From: Silvanigrellaceae bacterium
GTDB taxonomy: Bacteria; Bdellovibrionota_B; Oligoflexia; Silvanigrellales; Silvanigrellaceae
Direction: 5' to 3'
Assembly: GCA_049423385.1 (NCBI GenBank)
Contig: JBMSQQ010000001.1
Coordinates: 25,492-89,491, forward strand
Length of the DNA stretch: 64,000 nt
Shown here in pieces: positions 36,905 through 46,340 of the stretch (the stretch's first letter is position 1; each line of letters starts with the position of its first letter). The translations under genes and the position numbers were made by a program. Under the pieces are notes generated by a model. It was not told the DNA's origin. It worked only from the letters and a program-made list of their open reading frames with translations, and ran no database searches.

Positions 36905-38038
36905 TTACGCCAGTCGAAGGAAAGCAACAATCAATGCCATGACCACCAGATTCACGAGCGCCACAGGCAACATGTACACCCAACCCACGCGCATCAGCTG
37001 GTCGTAGCGGAAACGCGGAAGTGTGAAGCGCACTTGAACAAACAGGAACATGAAGATGGCCACTTTAGCGATGAGAACGCCCAGGCCAATCAGAGCAGCC
37101 ACCCAGGTTGCAGGCTCTGCCGTGAAGATCGGAGTCAACATTGCAACCAGTTGGCCATGCGGAAGCCAAGGAATCTCGTAGCCGCCCAAGAACACACAGG
37201 TGGTCAGAGCCGACAACGTGAACATCATCGCGTACTCGCCAAGGAAGAATAGAGACCAGCGCATGGAGCCGTATTCGACAAGGAATCCTGCAACCAGTTC
37301 CGCTTCACCTTCCGCAAGGTCGAATGGAAGCCGGTTGGTTTCTGCAAACATTGTGACGACAAACAAAACGAAAGAAATCGGCGAGAGGAAGATGCCCCAC
37401 TTGGGCAAAAAGCCGATCGTTTCCGACTGAGCTGCAATCATTGTTTGAAGATCGAGTGTTCCGTAAATGAAGACCATCGGCAGCAAAGCCAATCCCATGG
37501 CAAGTTCGTAGGAAATCATCTGGGCAGAAGCGCGCAAGCCACCCAACAAGGCGTACTTGTTGTTCGAGGACCATCCAGCCAGCGCAACCCCATAGACACC
37601 CAACGCGGACATCGCGAAGAGATAGAGGAATCCGGCATTCAAGTTCACTGGTTGCATATTGATGGTGTGTCCGGCAACGACAATTTCCTTGCCGAGCGGA
37701 ATACCTTGAATTGCGAGAAGACCCATCACCGCAGGAACAATTGGAGCAAGAATATAAAAGAACTTGTTGACGTGCTTGGGGACAAAATCCTCCTTGAACA
37801 GGAGCTTGATTGTGTCAGCCAGGGGTTGCCCGAGGCCAAAAAGCTTGAAGCCAAACAAACCGACGCGATTGGGTCCGATACGGCGTTGAATGAACGCCGC
37901 CTGACGTCGCTCGACCCACACCATGATGGGCGCCACTTGCAATGCAATCACGAGGGCAATCGCAATTTTGCCGATGCCGGCTACCAGAGCAACGTTGCTG
38001 TCCAGAAACTGAACGAGAGCGCTTGTTGAACCTTCCAT
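36905..38038 (-). CDS. nuoH: NADH-quinone oxidoreductase subunit H
   Basis: ERR...IQ.R.GPNRVG, QMISYE, ETNRLPFDLAEGEAELVAG, PRFRYDQ. Confidence 0.96.
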   Translation of the reverse strand: MEGSTSALVQFLDSNVALVAGIGKIAIALVIALQVAPIMVWVERRQAAFIQRRIGPNRVGLFGFKLFGLGQPLADTIKLLFKEDFVPKHVNKFFYILAPIVPAVMGLLAIQGIPLGKEIVVAGHTINMQPVNLNAGFLYLFAMSALGVYGVALAGWSSNNKYALLGGLRASAQMISYELAMGLALLPMVFIYGTLDLQTMIAAQSETIGFLPKWGIFLSPISFVLFVVTMFAETNRLPFDLAEGEAELVAGFLVEYGSMRWSLFFLGEYAMMFTLSALTTCVFLGGYEIPWLPHGQLVAMLTPIFTAEPATWVAALIGLGVLIAKVAIFMFLFVQVRFTLPRFRYDQLMRVGWVYMLPVALVNLVVMALIVAFLRLA

Positions 38039-38048
38039 GATGTTCTCC

Positions 38049-38414
38049 TCAATCCCAGTTCAATGCGCCGCGACGCAGGATGTAGATGTAACCAACCACG
38101 AGGGTGCCAACAAACAGCGCGACTTCGATGATTCCAAACCATTGCAGCTGGTCGAACAACACAGCCCAAAGGTAGAGAAAGATGGTTTCAATATCGAACA
38201 AGATGAACAGGATGGCAGTCAGATAAAATTTGACCGACAGACGCTGACGCGCGGTTCCCACCGGCGTCACACCACACTCATAAACATCGAGCTTGGCCGG
38301 GTTGGGTTTTTTGGGACCCAAAAGGAAAGATGCAATCGTCGCGCCGCCTGCAATCAGCAATCCCAAAACGAGTGCGACCAAAATGGGAAGATAAGGGTTG
38401 ATTGACGCTGTCAT
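38049..38414 (-). CDS. nuoA: NADH-quinone oxidoreductase subunit A
   Basis: YECG, FYLTAILFILFDIE, GALNW. ATG after GGAGG. Confidence 0.95.
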   Translation of the reverse strand: MTASINPYLPILVALVLGLLIAGGATIASFLLGPKKPNPAKLDVYECGVTPVGTARQRLSVKFYLTAILFILFDIETIFLYLWAVLFDQLQWFGIIEVALFVGTLVVGYIYILRRGALNWD

Positions 38415-38486
38415 CGCCAACGCCTCCAAAAAAGTCAAAAATTGGGTGCGGCACTGGCCTTAACCCATAAACGGATCTGGAACAAG

Positions 38487-39539
38487 TTAACGCAGGGCAC
38501 TCTCCAGAGAGAGGGCTCCCCGAAGCACCATTGCGGCTGCCAAACGTGAAGTTTGCATTTGCAGATCACGCGCCGGACAAAGTTCGGCGACATCGACCAC
38601 ACGACACATTTCGCGAGACATCACATCTTCCACGCATGGCCACAGAGTTTCAACCGGAACACCCAAAGAAGTTGAGGCACTCGTGCCCATTGCTGCAGCA
38701 ACGTGGAAAACATCGAGATCAATCGACAGATGAACCTGGCCAGAGGAGCGCACCGGATCGCACCAATGACTCAACCAATCCTGCAAATGCTCCCTCAAAG
38801 AGCGTTTAGGGTTCTGCGGAACGTTCCAAAAGCGCCAAGGCTCGGCGCCCGCGCAGTATTCAGCAACAGATACGCTCTTTGCGTGAGCATAATCCCACAG
38901 GCTCTGCGGATTTCGCTCACGCTGTAAACCAATTTCAAAGAGGGCGGCACCCTCTGCGACTCGATTGCCGAGATTTTCGATCACACGACGAAAGGGAGTC
39001 CCGCTGTTGATTTGCCCGTTGACCACGGGGCGAAGATCAAAATGAGCATCAAAGTTCACAATCGGAAGAGTTCCAGCGCAGCTGCGTGCATGACCGGCGT
39101 ACGAACCAAAACTGAAGTCATGTCCACCACCAATCACATGCACACGACGAGCTCCCTGCGCCAACGCCCAGTGGACAACATCGGCAAGCCGCGCATGTGT
39201 GTCGGCAATTTCGTTTTGCAAAACAACATCGCCGAGGTCGACCCAAGCAGCGCCGAACCATTCACCACCATTGAGACGAGAATCATATAGACGATAGAAC
39301 GCCTGGCGGAAGGCATCGGGACCAGCACTGGCCCCCACATGACCATGATTCAACTCCACACCGCGATCGTCGGGAATGCCTACAATCACATGTTTATTGC
39401 TGAACAGCGGGTCCGAAGCTGTTCCGTCTTGCTGAAGCTCAAAAATCTGAAGATTGCGGCCCAGCATTTCCTCGCGCAAAGCTGCAATATTGAAATTGAC
39501 AGGAGACAAATACGAGCCGGGAAAGGTGGAAGGCAACAC
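38487..39539 (-). CDS. hutG: Formimidoylglutamase / arginase-family ureohydrolase
   Basis: D.GV..N.G..GA..GP, GGGHD, NFDAHFDLR, NSGTPF, IDLDV, ELCP. Confidence 0.82.
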   Translation of the reverse strand: MLPSTFPGSYLSPVNFNIAALREEMLGRNLQIFELQQDGTASDPLFSNKHVIVGIPDDRGVELNHGHVGASAGPDAFRQAFYRLYDSRLNGGEWFGAAWVDLGDVVLQNEIADTHARLADVVHWALAQGARRVHVIGGGHDFSFGSYAGHARSCAGTLPIVNFDAHFDLRPVVNGQINSGTPFRRVIENLGNRVAEGAALFEIGLQRERNPQSLWDYAHAKSVSVAEYCAGAEPWRFWNVPQNPKRSLREHLQDWLSHWCDPVRSSGQVHLSIDLDVFHVAAAMGTSASTSLGVPVETLWPCVEDVMSREMCRVVDVAELCPARDLQMQTSRLAAAMVLRGALSLESALR

Positions 39540-39611
39540 GATTCGGTGAACTCCGCGCTGAGAGAGACGACCTCGAGCCGCCTCCCGGGAGCATCACCAA
39601 CTCAAAAATGT

Positions 39612-39815
39612 TCAAGCAGGTTTCTTGTCCGAAGGCTTGCTTTCAGAAAGTCTCTTTTTACCCAATTGTTTTTCTATGTTCCGAAGAATACGCTGCCGCA
39701 AAGCCGGGTTATCATCAAGGATGATCTTCAACAATTCGATGTCATCATTGGTGCGAAAGGCTCGCTTCTTTTTGGGATCATGTTCCAGCTTGGCTTTGGG
39801 TTTGTCGTTGCTCAT
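39612..39815 (-). CDS. Small basic hypothetical protein (67 aa)
   Basis: GAGGGGG RBS before ATG; fills the gap between co-oriented genes. Confidence 0.6.
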   Translation of the reverse strand: MSNDKPKAKLEHDPKKKRAFRTNDDIELLKIILDDNPALRQRILRNIEKQLGKKRLSESKPSDKKPA

Positions 39816-39895
39816 GCAAGTCCCCCTCTTTCCCCTGGGATCGGCATAACAGGGGGCGTTCTTTCGGAGAAAGCTGCAGGGCAGGAACTTTGACG

Positions 39896-41062
39896 TCAGC
39901 TCAGGGCATTGCGCAAATCGTCGACCAGGTCCTCGGCACTTTCGATACCCACCGAAAACCTCAGCAGATTTGAGTCAATACCAATCTTCTTACGGTGCTC
40001 AGGCGGAACGCTGGCATGGGTCATTGTTTCCGGATGATTCACCAGCGACTCAACCCCTCCCAGGCTCTCGGCAAGACTGAAAACCTGCAGGCGGCTCAAA
40101 AAGCGCTTCACATCATCGAAAGAACCCTTGAGACGAACACTGACCATTCCAGAAAAGCCGGACATTTGTTGGCGAGCAAGTGCGTGTTGGGGATGTTGCT
40201 CGAGACCAGGAAATATCACTTCGGAAAAACCCGACATTCCAGTGAGTGCCTGGGCCACTTTGCAGGCATTTTCATGATGCCGTTGCATGCGCAAAGCCAA
40301 AGTCTTGATACTGCGCAAGAGAATAAAACACTCTTGAGGAGCATTCACTGCACCACCTGCAAATTGAATAAAGCGCAATTGCTCGGCCAGAGTGTCGTCG
40401 TTGAGCATCAGAGCGCCGCCAACGAGATCAGAGTGTCCGCCAATGTATTTGGTCGTGCTGTGCAATACGATGTCAGCACCCAAAGACAAAGGTTGCTGGA
40501 AAATCGGCGAAGCAAAAGTGTTGTCGACAACCGTCATGGTACCGTGCTTACGCGCCAAATCTGCAACTGCCTGAATGTCAACGATGCGCAGCAATGGATT
40601 GGTCGGCGTTTCTATCCAGACAAGGCGGGTTTGTTTCTTGAATAATGGCTTCAATGCGGCCGGATCTCGCATGTCCACGAAATCGAATTCAATACCGTAT
40701 TTCGCAAACAGGCGCCGAAACAAGCGCCCCGTTCCGCCATAGACATCATCGCAAACCAAAACATGATCGCCCGGATTCAAAAGTTGAGCGATGGCATGCA
40801 CAGCAGCAAGACCTGAAGCGAAGGAAATGCCATGCTTGGCGCGCTCAAGTGCTGCCAATGCCGATTCCAGAGAGGTTCTGGTGGGATTTCCACCGCGCGA
40901 ATAGTCGTATCCCTTGTGTTCGCCGGGACCCGACTGAACATAGGTTGAGGTTTGAAAAATGGGCGTCATGATGGCACCGGTCATCGGTTCCGGCTCAACC
41001 CCGGCATGAACGCAAACTGTTTCAATTCCATGTTTCGATATCGCACTTGGTCTGTTCTGCAT
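39896..41062 (-). CDS. metB: Cystathionine gamma-synthase/lyase (PLP Cys/Met metabolism family)
   Basis: YSRGGNPT, ETPTNP, VDNTF, HSTTKYIGGHSD (PLP Lys), SLGGVESL. Confidence 0.88.
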   Translation of the reverse strand: MQNRPSAISKHGIETVCVHAGVEPEPMTGAIMTPIFQTSTYVQSGPGEHKGYDYSRGGNPTRTSLESALAALERAKHGISFASGLAAVHAIAQLLNPGDHVLVCDDVYGGTGRLFRRLFAKYGIEFDFVDMRDPAALKPLFKKQTRLVWIETPTNPLLRIVDIQAVADLARKHGTMTVVDNTFASPIFQQPLSLGADIVLHSTTKYIGGHSDLVGGALMLNDDTLAEQLRFIQFAGGAVNAPQECFILLRSIKTLALRMQRHHENACKVAQALTGMSGFSEVIFPGLEQHPQHALARQQMSGFSGMVSVRLKGSFDDVKRFLSRLQVFSLAESLGGVESLVNHPETMTHASVPPEHRKKIGIDSNLLRFSVGIESAEDLVDDLRNALS

Positions 41063-41101
41063 TGAGCGGATTCTCCATTCGCTTACGTGATCGATTGAAG
41101 T

Positions 41102-42403
41102 TCAAAAATAATGTTGCATTCCTACAACCCAGCCTTGACGCTTGCGCAGTCCAGCCAGAGCATGCGCATAATCTGCCCTCAACCTGAGTCTTGCAACAGG
41201 GCGAAGTCCGAGCCGCAGTCCGAGCCCGGCACTGGCCGCTGCAGGGTAGGGCCATTCGTTGAATGATTTTCCGGCATTGCCTGAATCCACAAACACAACA
41301 GTCTGCAACACCACATTTTGATCGACGTAACTGACCCAGCGCTCCTCGGCATTGGCTGTCCATGCAACGCGTCCAATGCGCTCTCCTTCATCCATGGCCC
41401 GAACCGAGTCAAGACTCCCCAAACGCAATAACGAGAGCAAAGAGCTCCCGTTCGTCCAATTGCCTTGAAACCGGAACCCGACATTGTGACTTTCCAAAAC
41501 CCGAAAGAAATGAGTCCCGGAAAAAGACGCGGATTGAATATTGGACAGTCCGCTCCCAGGCTCTGGAAAAAGATTGCCAATATTGACCTCCAGGCGATGA
41601 CCTTCCCAGAGAAAATCGTAGAGATTCAAACGATTCCACCGAAAATAAATTTTGGACTGCATCCCGGTCTCAATCCGCCGATCGAACTGATCATATTCAA
41701 CGCTGGACTGAATGACTGTGGAATCCAGTCCACGCTCCAGAAATTCGACATTGACGCCCAGGTCGAAGGATTGAAATCTGCGCTGGGTTGTGAGGGAAAC
41801 CCTGCTCACCATGGCGAGAGGTGTGAAATAATTCCTTGTTCCCGGATCAAGATAAAAAAAAGGGCGATTGCCAACCTGAACTTCAACCCCGGATTTCCAG
41901 GCGGTTGAAAGAAAGTTCGGCTGTCGCCACCACAGATTGACTCCAGGCTCACCTGCATACTGCTCGTATTGCAGCCCAGCCTCGATGCCGCGCCCCAACA
42001 AATTCAAGTCGTACAGGCCAGCAACCAGAAATTCGACGCCTCCGCCGGTACCACCGCGCAAAACCGGCGTGAGTGTCCACTTTTCACGGAAGTCAAAGCG
42101 CAAATTTGTGCGACCCTCAGTGCCAGCCTCCAATGCAACTTCCACCGAAACAAAAAAGTTCGTGTTCCTGAGTCGCTGCGCTACCGCCTCGACTTCAGCC
42201 TCCGAGACGATTTGTCCTGGTTCGAGTCCAATTTCCCTGAAAACAAATTCTTCTGTTGTCCGCACCAGGCCAACCAATTGTATGGCGCCCAGAGTCAATC
42301 GCCTGGAATCAGATTGAATTGGGGCGGGCACGTTTCCTTGCGCCGCAGAATTCAAAACCAGGCAGCACAGCAATAGAATGGCGGAAAAGGGCAGATGTTT
42401 CAA
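41102..42403 (-). CDS. Omp85-superfamily outer-membrane protein (single POTRA plus barrel)
   Basis: Signal peptide, POTRA-like GLVRT..E...RE...PG..RL.NT.FF, NLLGRG, VRA motif, FVDSG, terminal Phe. Confidence 0.78.
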   Translation of the reverse strand: MKHLPFSAILLLCCLVLNSAAQGNVPAPIQSDSRRLTLGAIQLVGLVRTTEEFVFREIGLEPGQIVSEAEVEAVAQRLRNTNFFVSVEVALEAGTEGRTNLRFDFREKWTLTPVLRGGTGGGVEFLVAGLYDLNLLGRGIEAGLQYEQYAGEPGVNLWWRQPNFLSTAWKSGVEVQVGNRPFFYLDPGTRNYFTPLAMVSRVSLTTQRRFQSFDLGVNVEFLERGLDSTVIQSSVEYDQFDRRIETGMQSKIYFRWNRLNLYDFLWEGHRLEVNIGNLFPEPGSGLSNIQSASFSGTHFFRVLESHNVGFRFQGNWTNGSSLLSLLRLGSLDSVRAMDEGERIGRVAWTANAEERWVSYVDQNVVLQTVVFVDSGNAGKSFNEWPYPAAASAGLGLRLGLRPVARLRLRADYAHALAGLRKRQGWVVGMQHYF

Positions 42404-43353
42404 TGGAATTTCACCTCTGCGAGTCCGGCACGCTGCAATAGATTGTTCACGCGTGAAAAAACATCCTGCTTTCCAAGTTCAACGACAAGAAGCTTCGCCA
42501 TTTCTCCGGGAGTGAGATTCCTGTTTTTCACCGACTGGAAAAACGGATAAACCACATCTTGATTGAAGAGGCTTTGAGCTGCAATCGCAAAGGAAAACGG
42601 AGCGCACATTTCAAGCGCACCCGAGTCCACATAACGCCGCAGCAATTCATCGGATGAATATGGAACACGGCGGTTGAAAATTTTGACCCTTGAATTTTTT
42701 TCCACCTCGACCCACACCCAGGTGGCCAAAGGTGCATCAGAACGGTTGGGCAGTTTTTCAACAAACGGATAACCTACGCTGCCGCAATTGAACCAGACAT
42801 TCCCCTTGTGTTCGTGTCTTCCCAGATAATGACTGTGACCGTTGAAAAAAAATGTTGTTTCGCCCGAAGACTTCTCGTCGTGGGAAGAATTGAAGGCAGA
42901 GGAAAGGGAGGACTGCTGAACAAAGAAATCAGGCACCCGATTGTTCCCTTCAACTGCTCCATGCACTGCCACGAATGGATCATCTTTGGCAACCCAGCGA
43001 TCAACACTGATCGCCTTGATGCGCGACAAGCGATCGCCCATGCGTTGAACTGTCCACGGGACAAACTTCCACAGCGGACGGGTGAATTTCTCCTCATCGG
43101 GATTCGCTGCGCATTGAAAAAGATAATCTTCATGATTACCGCGCAAATGTGGACATCCCAACTCAACAAGTCGATCATGAACAGCCGCAGGATCTGGCCC
43201 ACCGTCGAAACTGTCGCCCAGGCAAACCTTCTGGAAATGTTCCACTTCGCGTTGCCTGGAAAATTCACGCATATCGTCGAGAACTGCTTCCAGGGCCGTC
43301 ATGTTTCCATGCACATCGGTGAAAAAGGCGTAGGCCCTGATGGCATCAGACAT
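42400..43353 (-). CDS. Calcineurin-like metallophosphoesterase
   Basis: DVHGN, GD, RGNHE, VHG, GHSH, N.GSVG. Confidence 0.88.
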   Translation of the reverse strand: MSDAIRAYAFFTDVHGNMTALEAVLDDMREFSRQREVEHFQKVCLGDSFDGGPDPAAVHDRLVELGCPHLRGNHEDYLFQCAANPDEEKFTRPLWKFVPWTVQRMGDRLSRIKAISVDRWVAKDDPFVAVHGAVEGNNRVPDFFVQQSSLSSAFNSSHDEKSSGETTFFFNGHSHYLGRHEHKGNVWFNCGSVGYPFVEKLPNRSDAPLATWVWVEVEKNSRVKIFNRRVPYSSDELLRRYVDSGALEMCAPFSFAIAAQSLFNQDVVYPFFQSVKNRNLTPGEMAKLLVVELGKQDVFSRVNNLLQRAGLAEVKFH

Positions 43354-46333
43354 CTGTTTCCACCTGTGGCTCAATGGTTGGCGTCTGGCCAAAATCGATG
43401 CCAAGAACTCGAGCGAACAATTGCGCCAATGGAGTATGCTGAAGCTTGGGATCGCGCGGTATCTGCGCACGATCCAAAAGTTCCAGCGTTGGTTCATGCT
43501 GCAAAAGATCGTCGGTGAGTGGGGCAATCACGGGCTTGCGGCCCAGATCGCTGTCGGGTCGTGAAAAAAACTGAATTCCCGTGTTGTGCAACCAATGGCG
43601 AGGCAACAGAACCTTTGCTGCCACCGGATCCACGTAACCCTCTTCGTAAAATTGAAGGAATGCATCCTCGTCCGGGTGATACATCTTGTCGCCAACAATC
43701 CAATGCCCAATTGCAGCAAGGTGAACACGGATTTGGTTGGTGCGGCCTGTCTGAGGCATGCAAGCAAACAAGGTGTAATCCTGCCATTGCGAGAGTCGCA
43801 GGCAGTGGGTCAGCGCATCGAGCCCTTCCTCAGGATTGTGCCAAAGCTTCAATCGGATGCGCGAATTGATCGCCGGTCCTATTGGCAGCGCAACCCGGAA
43901 CTCATCCGGAAGCGAACGCGTTCCCTTGCAGACGGCAAGGTACATTTTCTTGACCGAGGACTCGCGGAAGCTCAGGGAAAGGTCCCGTCGCAGTGGCGTG
44001 CTGCGCGCGCAAACAAGTATTCCTGAAGTCTCGCGATCGATCCTGTGCACCGGTGCAGCGTCGGGGTAACCCATCTTTTTTGCAATTTCTATAAACGTAT
44101 TCTTTCCGTAAAGTCCTGCTGCATGAACAACAAGATTACCTGGCTTGCAAAAAACGGCCGCATCTCCATCATCATAAACGACATCCACATTGGTCATCAT
44201 GTCGGGTTCGTATTCGGGTGGATGAAACAACCAAATCTGGTCGCCCTGCTTGAGCACATAGGTTGACTTTACGGAGACAAGATTGTCGGGCGCCGCATCG
44301 CTGATGTGGTTCTTGGGCGAGTTTTGTTCCACAAGAACTTCACCAATTTCGATGCGCTGTTGCCAAATATCACGATTGTGGAACTTGAATTTCTCGCCGA
44401 GATGACGATCGATTCGCAGTCCGACCCCGACGTGTTCCAATCGCCCTCCAAGCCTGCGGAAATGAATTTTATCGAGTGCCACCCTTTGCGAACGCCGTCT
44501 GGAGATACGCGCCCTCAGCATGCTTTGGAGGACCTTCTCCGGCAGTCCCTCCTCGGATTCAAGCTCATGGTTGGGATCTGCCGTCTGCAACCGCTTCCCA
44601 GCAAGACCTGCAAACGCCGACATCGCCTTCAAGACAAGGTCAGGTTCAACGAACGTGCAATCTTGAACGTCCGGCTCGAGGCAATCAAAAAGAGCCCGCG
44701 CTCCACCACCCGTCAAAATCAATCTGGCAATCCGGTGCTGCCGGCGAAGCACATCCACAACACCACTGAACTGCAAAAGAAGACCACGCAGCATGGACAC
44801 ACGCGTCGAAAAAACCTCGGGAGCGTTTTTCAATTCAGCAAGTGAATTTGGAAGTGTCACCTTCGGGAGTCGGGCGGTTTTCTCATGCAAGGCCTGCAAC
44901 CCCATTGCAGGACCCGGCAGAATCAAGCTTTCGATGATTCCGGGCTTATCATTGACCACAATTCCAGTCAGCGCCGTTCCGACCGACAAGACCGCGACCG
45001 CAGCACCCGCATCCTGCGCCGCACGAACGGCCGTCCAGGCCTGCAGAGCACGATCGACACCCATTTCATTCGGAGCATAGTCGGCTTCGAGCCCTGCAGC
45101 ACGCAGCACTGAAAGCGAATCGACTGGAGTGAGAATGATTTCCCGACCCAGTGCGGGTTGCGACATCAATGCCGACTCGATCCCGTAGACCACCTTCATG
45201 GATTGACCCGCGTGTGCCACAGCCGACCAGATGAGTTCGATTCGAGTGGAATCTGCAACCCCTGCACATATTTTCTGTGCGAGTTCTGTTTTGGCAAAAA
45301 GTTTCGACTCGGCCAGGCTTTTGCGATCGAGCAACGCCCAGTCGCAGCTCCCGGAGGAAATTAGACTTCCGCGCTCGCATCGCCAATGAACCTGCGTGTT
45401 GCCAAAGTCGAGACAAATTTTCGCAGCTGGTTCATGAAAACCAACATCGGCTGCGAGAATGGGATCCTCAACGCCTTCCAAAAGGAGACCACCTTCGGCG
45501 GAAAGGCCAACAAATGCTCCTGTGCTTTGTCCTTTGTTGACCGACAATTTTGTTCCCAATGGCAGGGAACGCTCGAGAACCAGGTGACGCAGTTGTTCGG
45601 CTGTGCGCTCGGTGAACAGATAATCGGCAAGCTCTTTTTCAATTTCCTCGGCGACGATTTCGCTCAGGCACAAAGACATCGAATTGGAAAGTTGAGAGCG
45701 ATTGATGCCCCACATTTGAAGAACACTTCCCGCTTGCGCGACGCTTGCGGGTGCTTGAACAAGATTCAATCCAAGACCGATGCTCACAAAATGAAGCTTG
45801 TCGGCTCGAAAGGATGACTCACAGAGAATTCCTGCGAGCTTTTTCGGAACGGCGGTGGAACGAGCGCCCACATTTTCGGAAGGCCACGCCCAAACATCGT
45901 TCGGCCATTTGAGCTTTGCCTCCAGCGCTGGCTCGCCGGCAAGGAAGCTGGAAAAAGTCATCATGTTCGACAATCGGGAACGCGCTCTCCAGAGGGCATC
46001 TGCAATTGCACAGCCAACCGCAAGACTCAGCCAGCCAATCGGAATCCTGAGAAGATGACCCGGCACGACAAAAGTGCAAGGTCCAAAAATTCCAGCCTGG
46101 CGGACTGCCGAGACCAAATCATTTTTCTCAAACGTCTGGGCCTCGACGGGTGAGCGTGAGGTGACCTTTTCATTTTCAATCTCCGCCTGACTCCAAACAC
46201 TCCCGGCACGGCCCCGGCCTGCTGTTTGTGTTCGGCACATGACGACAAAAGAGTTTTCGAGGCCCTCATTCTTGATGAGGGTTCTCGCCATATCCATCGT
46301 CGAACTTGCGGTATCAGTGAAAAATGTCTTCAT
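43346..46333 (-). CDS. Fusion of biotin-protein ligase (BirA, no HTH), type III pantothenate kinase (CoaX) and RluA-family pseudouridine synthase
   Basis: BirA: QTAGRGR, KWPND, KLAGILCE, IGLGLN. CoaX: DFGNT, GVDR, GTALT, I.PG, LTGGGA. RluA: KP..L.VH, HRIDRETSG, TGRTNQIRVH, IVGDK.Y. One uninterrupted frame. Confidence 0.88.
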   Translation of the reverse strand: MKTFFTDTASSTMDMARTLIKNEGLENSFVVMCRTQTAGRGRAGSVWSQAEIENEKVTSRSPVEAQTFEKNDLVSAVRQAGIFGPCTFVVPGHLLRIPIGWLSLAVGCAIADALWRARSRLSNMMTFSSFLAGEPALEAKLKWPNDVWAWPSENVGARSTAVPKKLAGILCESSFRADKLHFVSIGLGLNLVQAPASVAQAGSVLQMWGINRSQLSNSMSLCLSEIVAEEIEKELADYLFTERTAEQLRHLVLERSLPLGTKLSVNKGQSTGAFVGLSAEGGLLLEGVEDPILAADVGFHEPAAKICLDFGNTQVHWRCERGSLISSGSCDWALLDRKSLAESKLFAKTELAQKICAGVADSTRIELIWSAVAHAGQSMKVVYGIESALMSQPALGREIILTPVDSLSVLRAAGLEADYAPNEMGVDRALQAWTAVRAAQDAGAAVAVLSVGTALTGIVVNDKPGIIESLILPGPAMGLQALHEKTARLPKVTLPNSLAELKNAPEVFSTRVSMLRGLLLQFSGVVDVLRRQHRIARLILTGGGARALFDCLEPDVQDCTFVEPDLVLKAMSAFAGLAGKRLQTADPNHELESEEGLPEKVLQSMLRARISRRRSQRVALDKIHFRRLGGRLEHVGVGLRIDRHLGEKFKFHNRDIWQQRIEIGEVLVEQNSPKNHISDAAPDNLVSVKSTYVLKQGDQIWLFHPPEYEPDMMTNVDVVYDDGDAAVFCKPGNLVVHAAGLYGKNTFIEIAKKMGYPDAAPVHRIDRETSGILVCARSTPLRRDLSLSFRESSVKKMYLAVCKGTRSLPDEFRVALPIGPAINSRIRLKLWHNPEEGLDALTHCLRLSQWQDYTLFACMPQTGRTNQIRVHLAAIGHWIVGDKMYHPDEDAFLQFYEEGYVDPVAAKVLLPRHWLHNTGIQFFSRPDSDLGRKPVIAPLTDDLLQHEPTLELLDRAQIPRDPKLQHTPLAQLFARVLGIDFGQTPTIEPQVETDV

Positions 46334-46340
46334 CTTGCCA

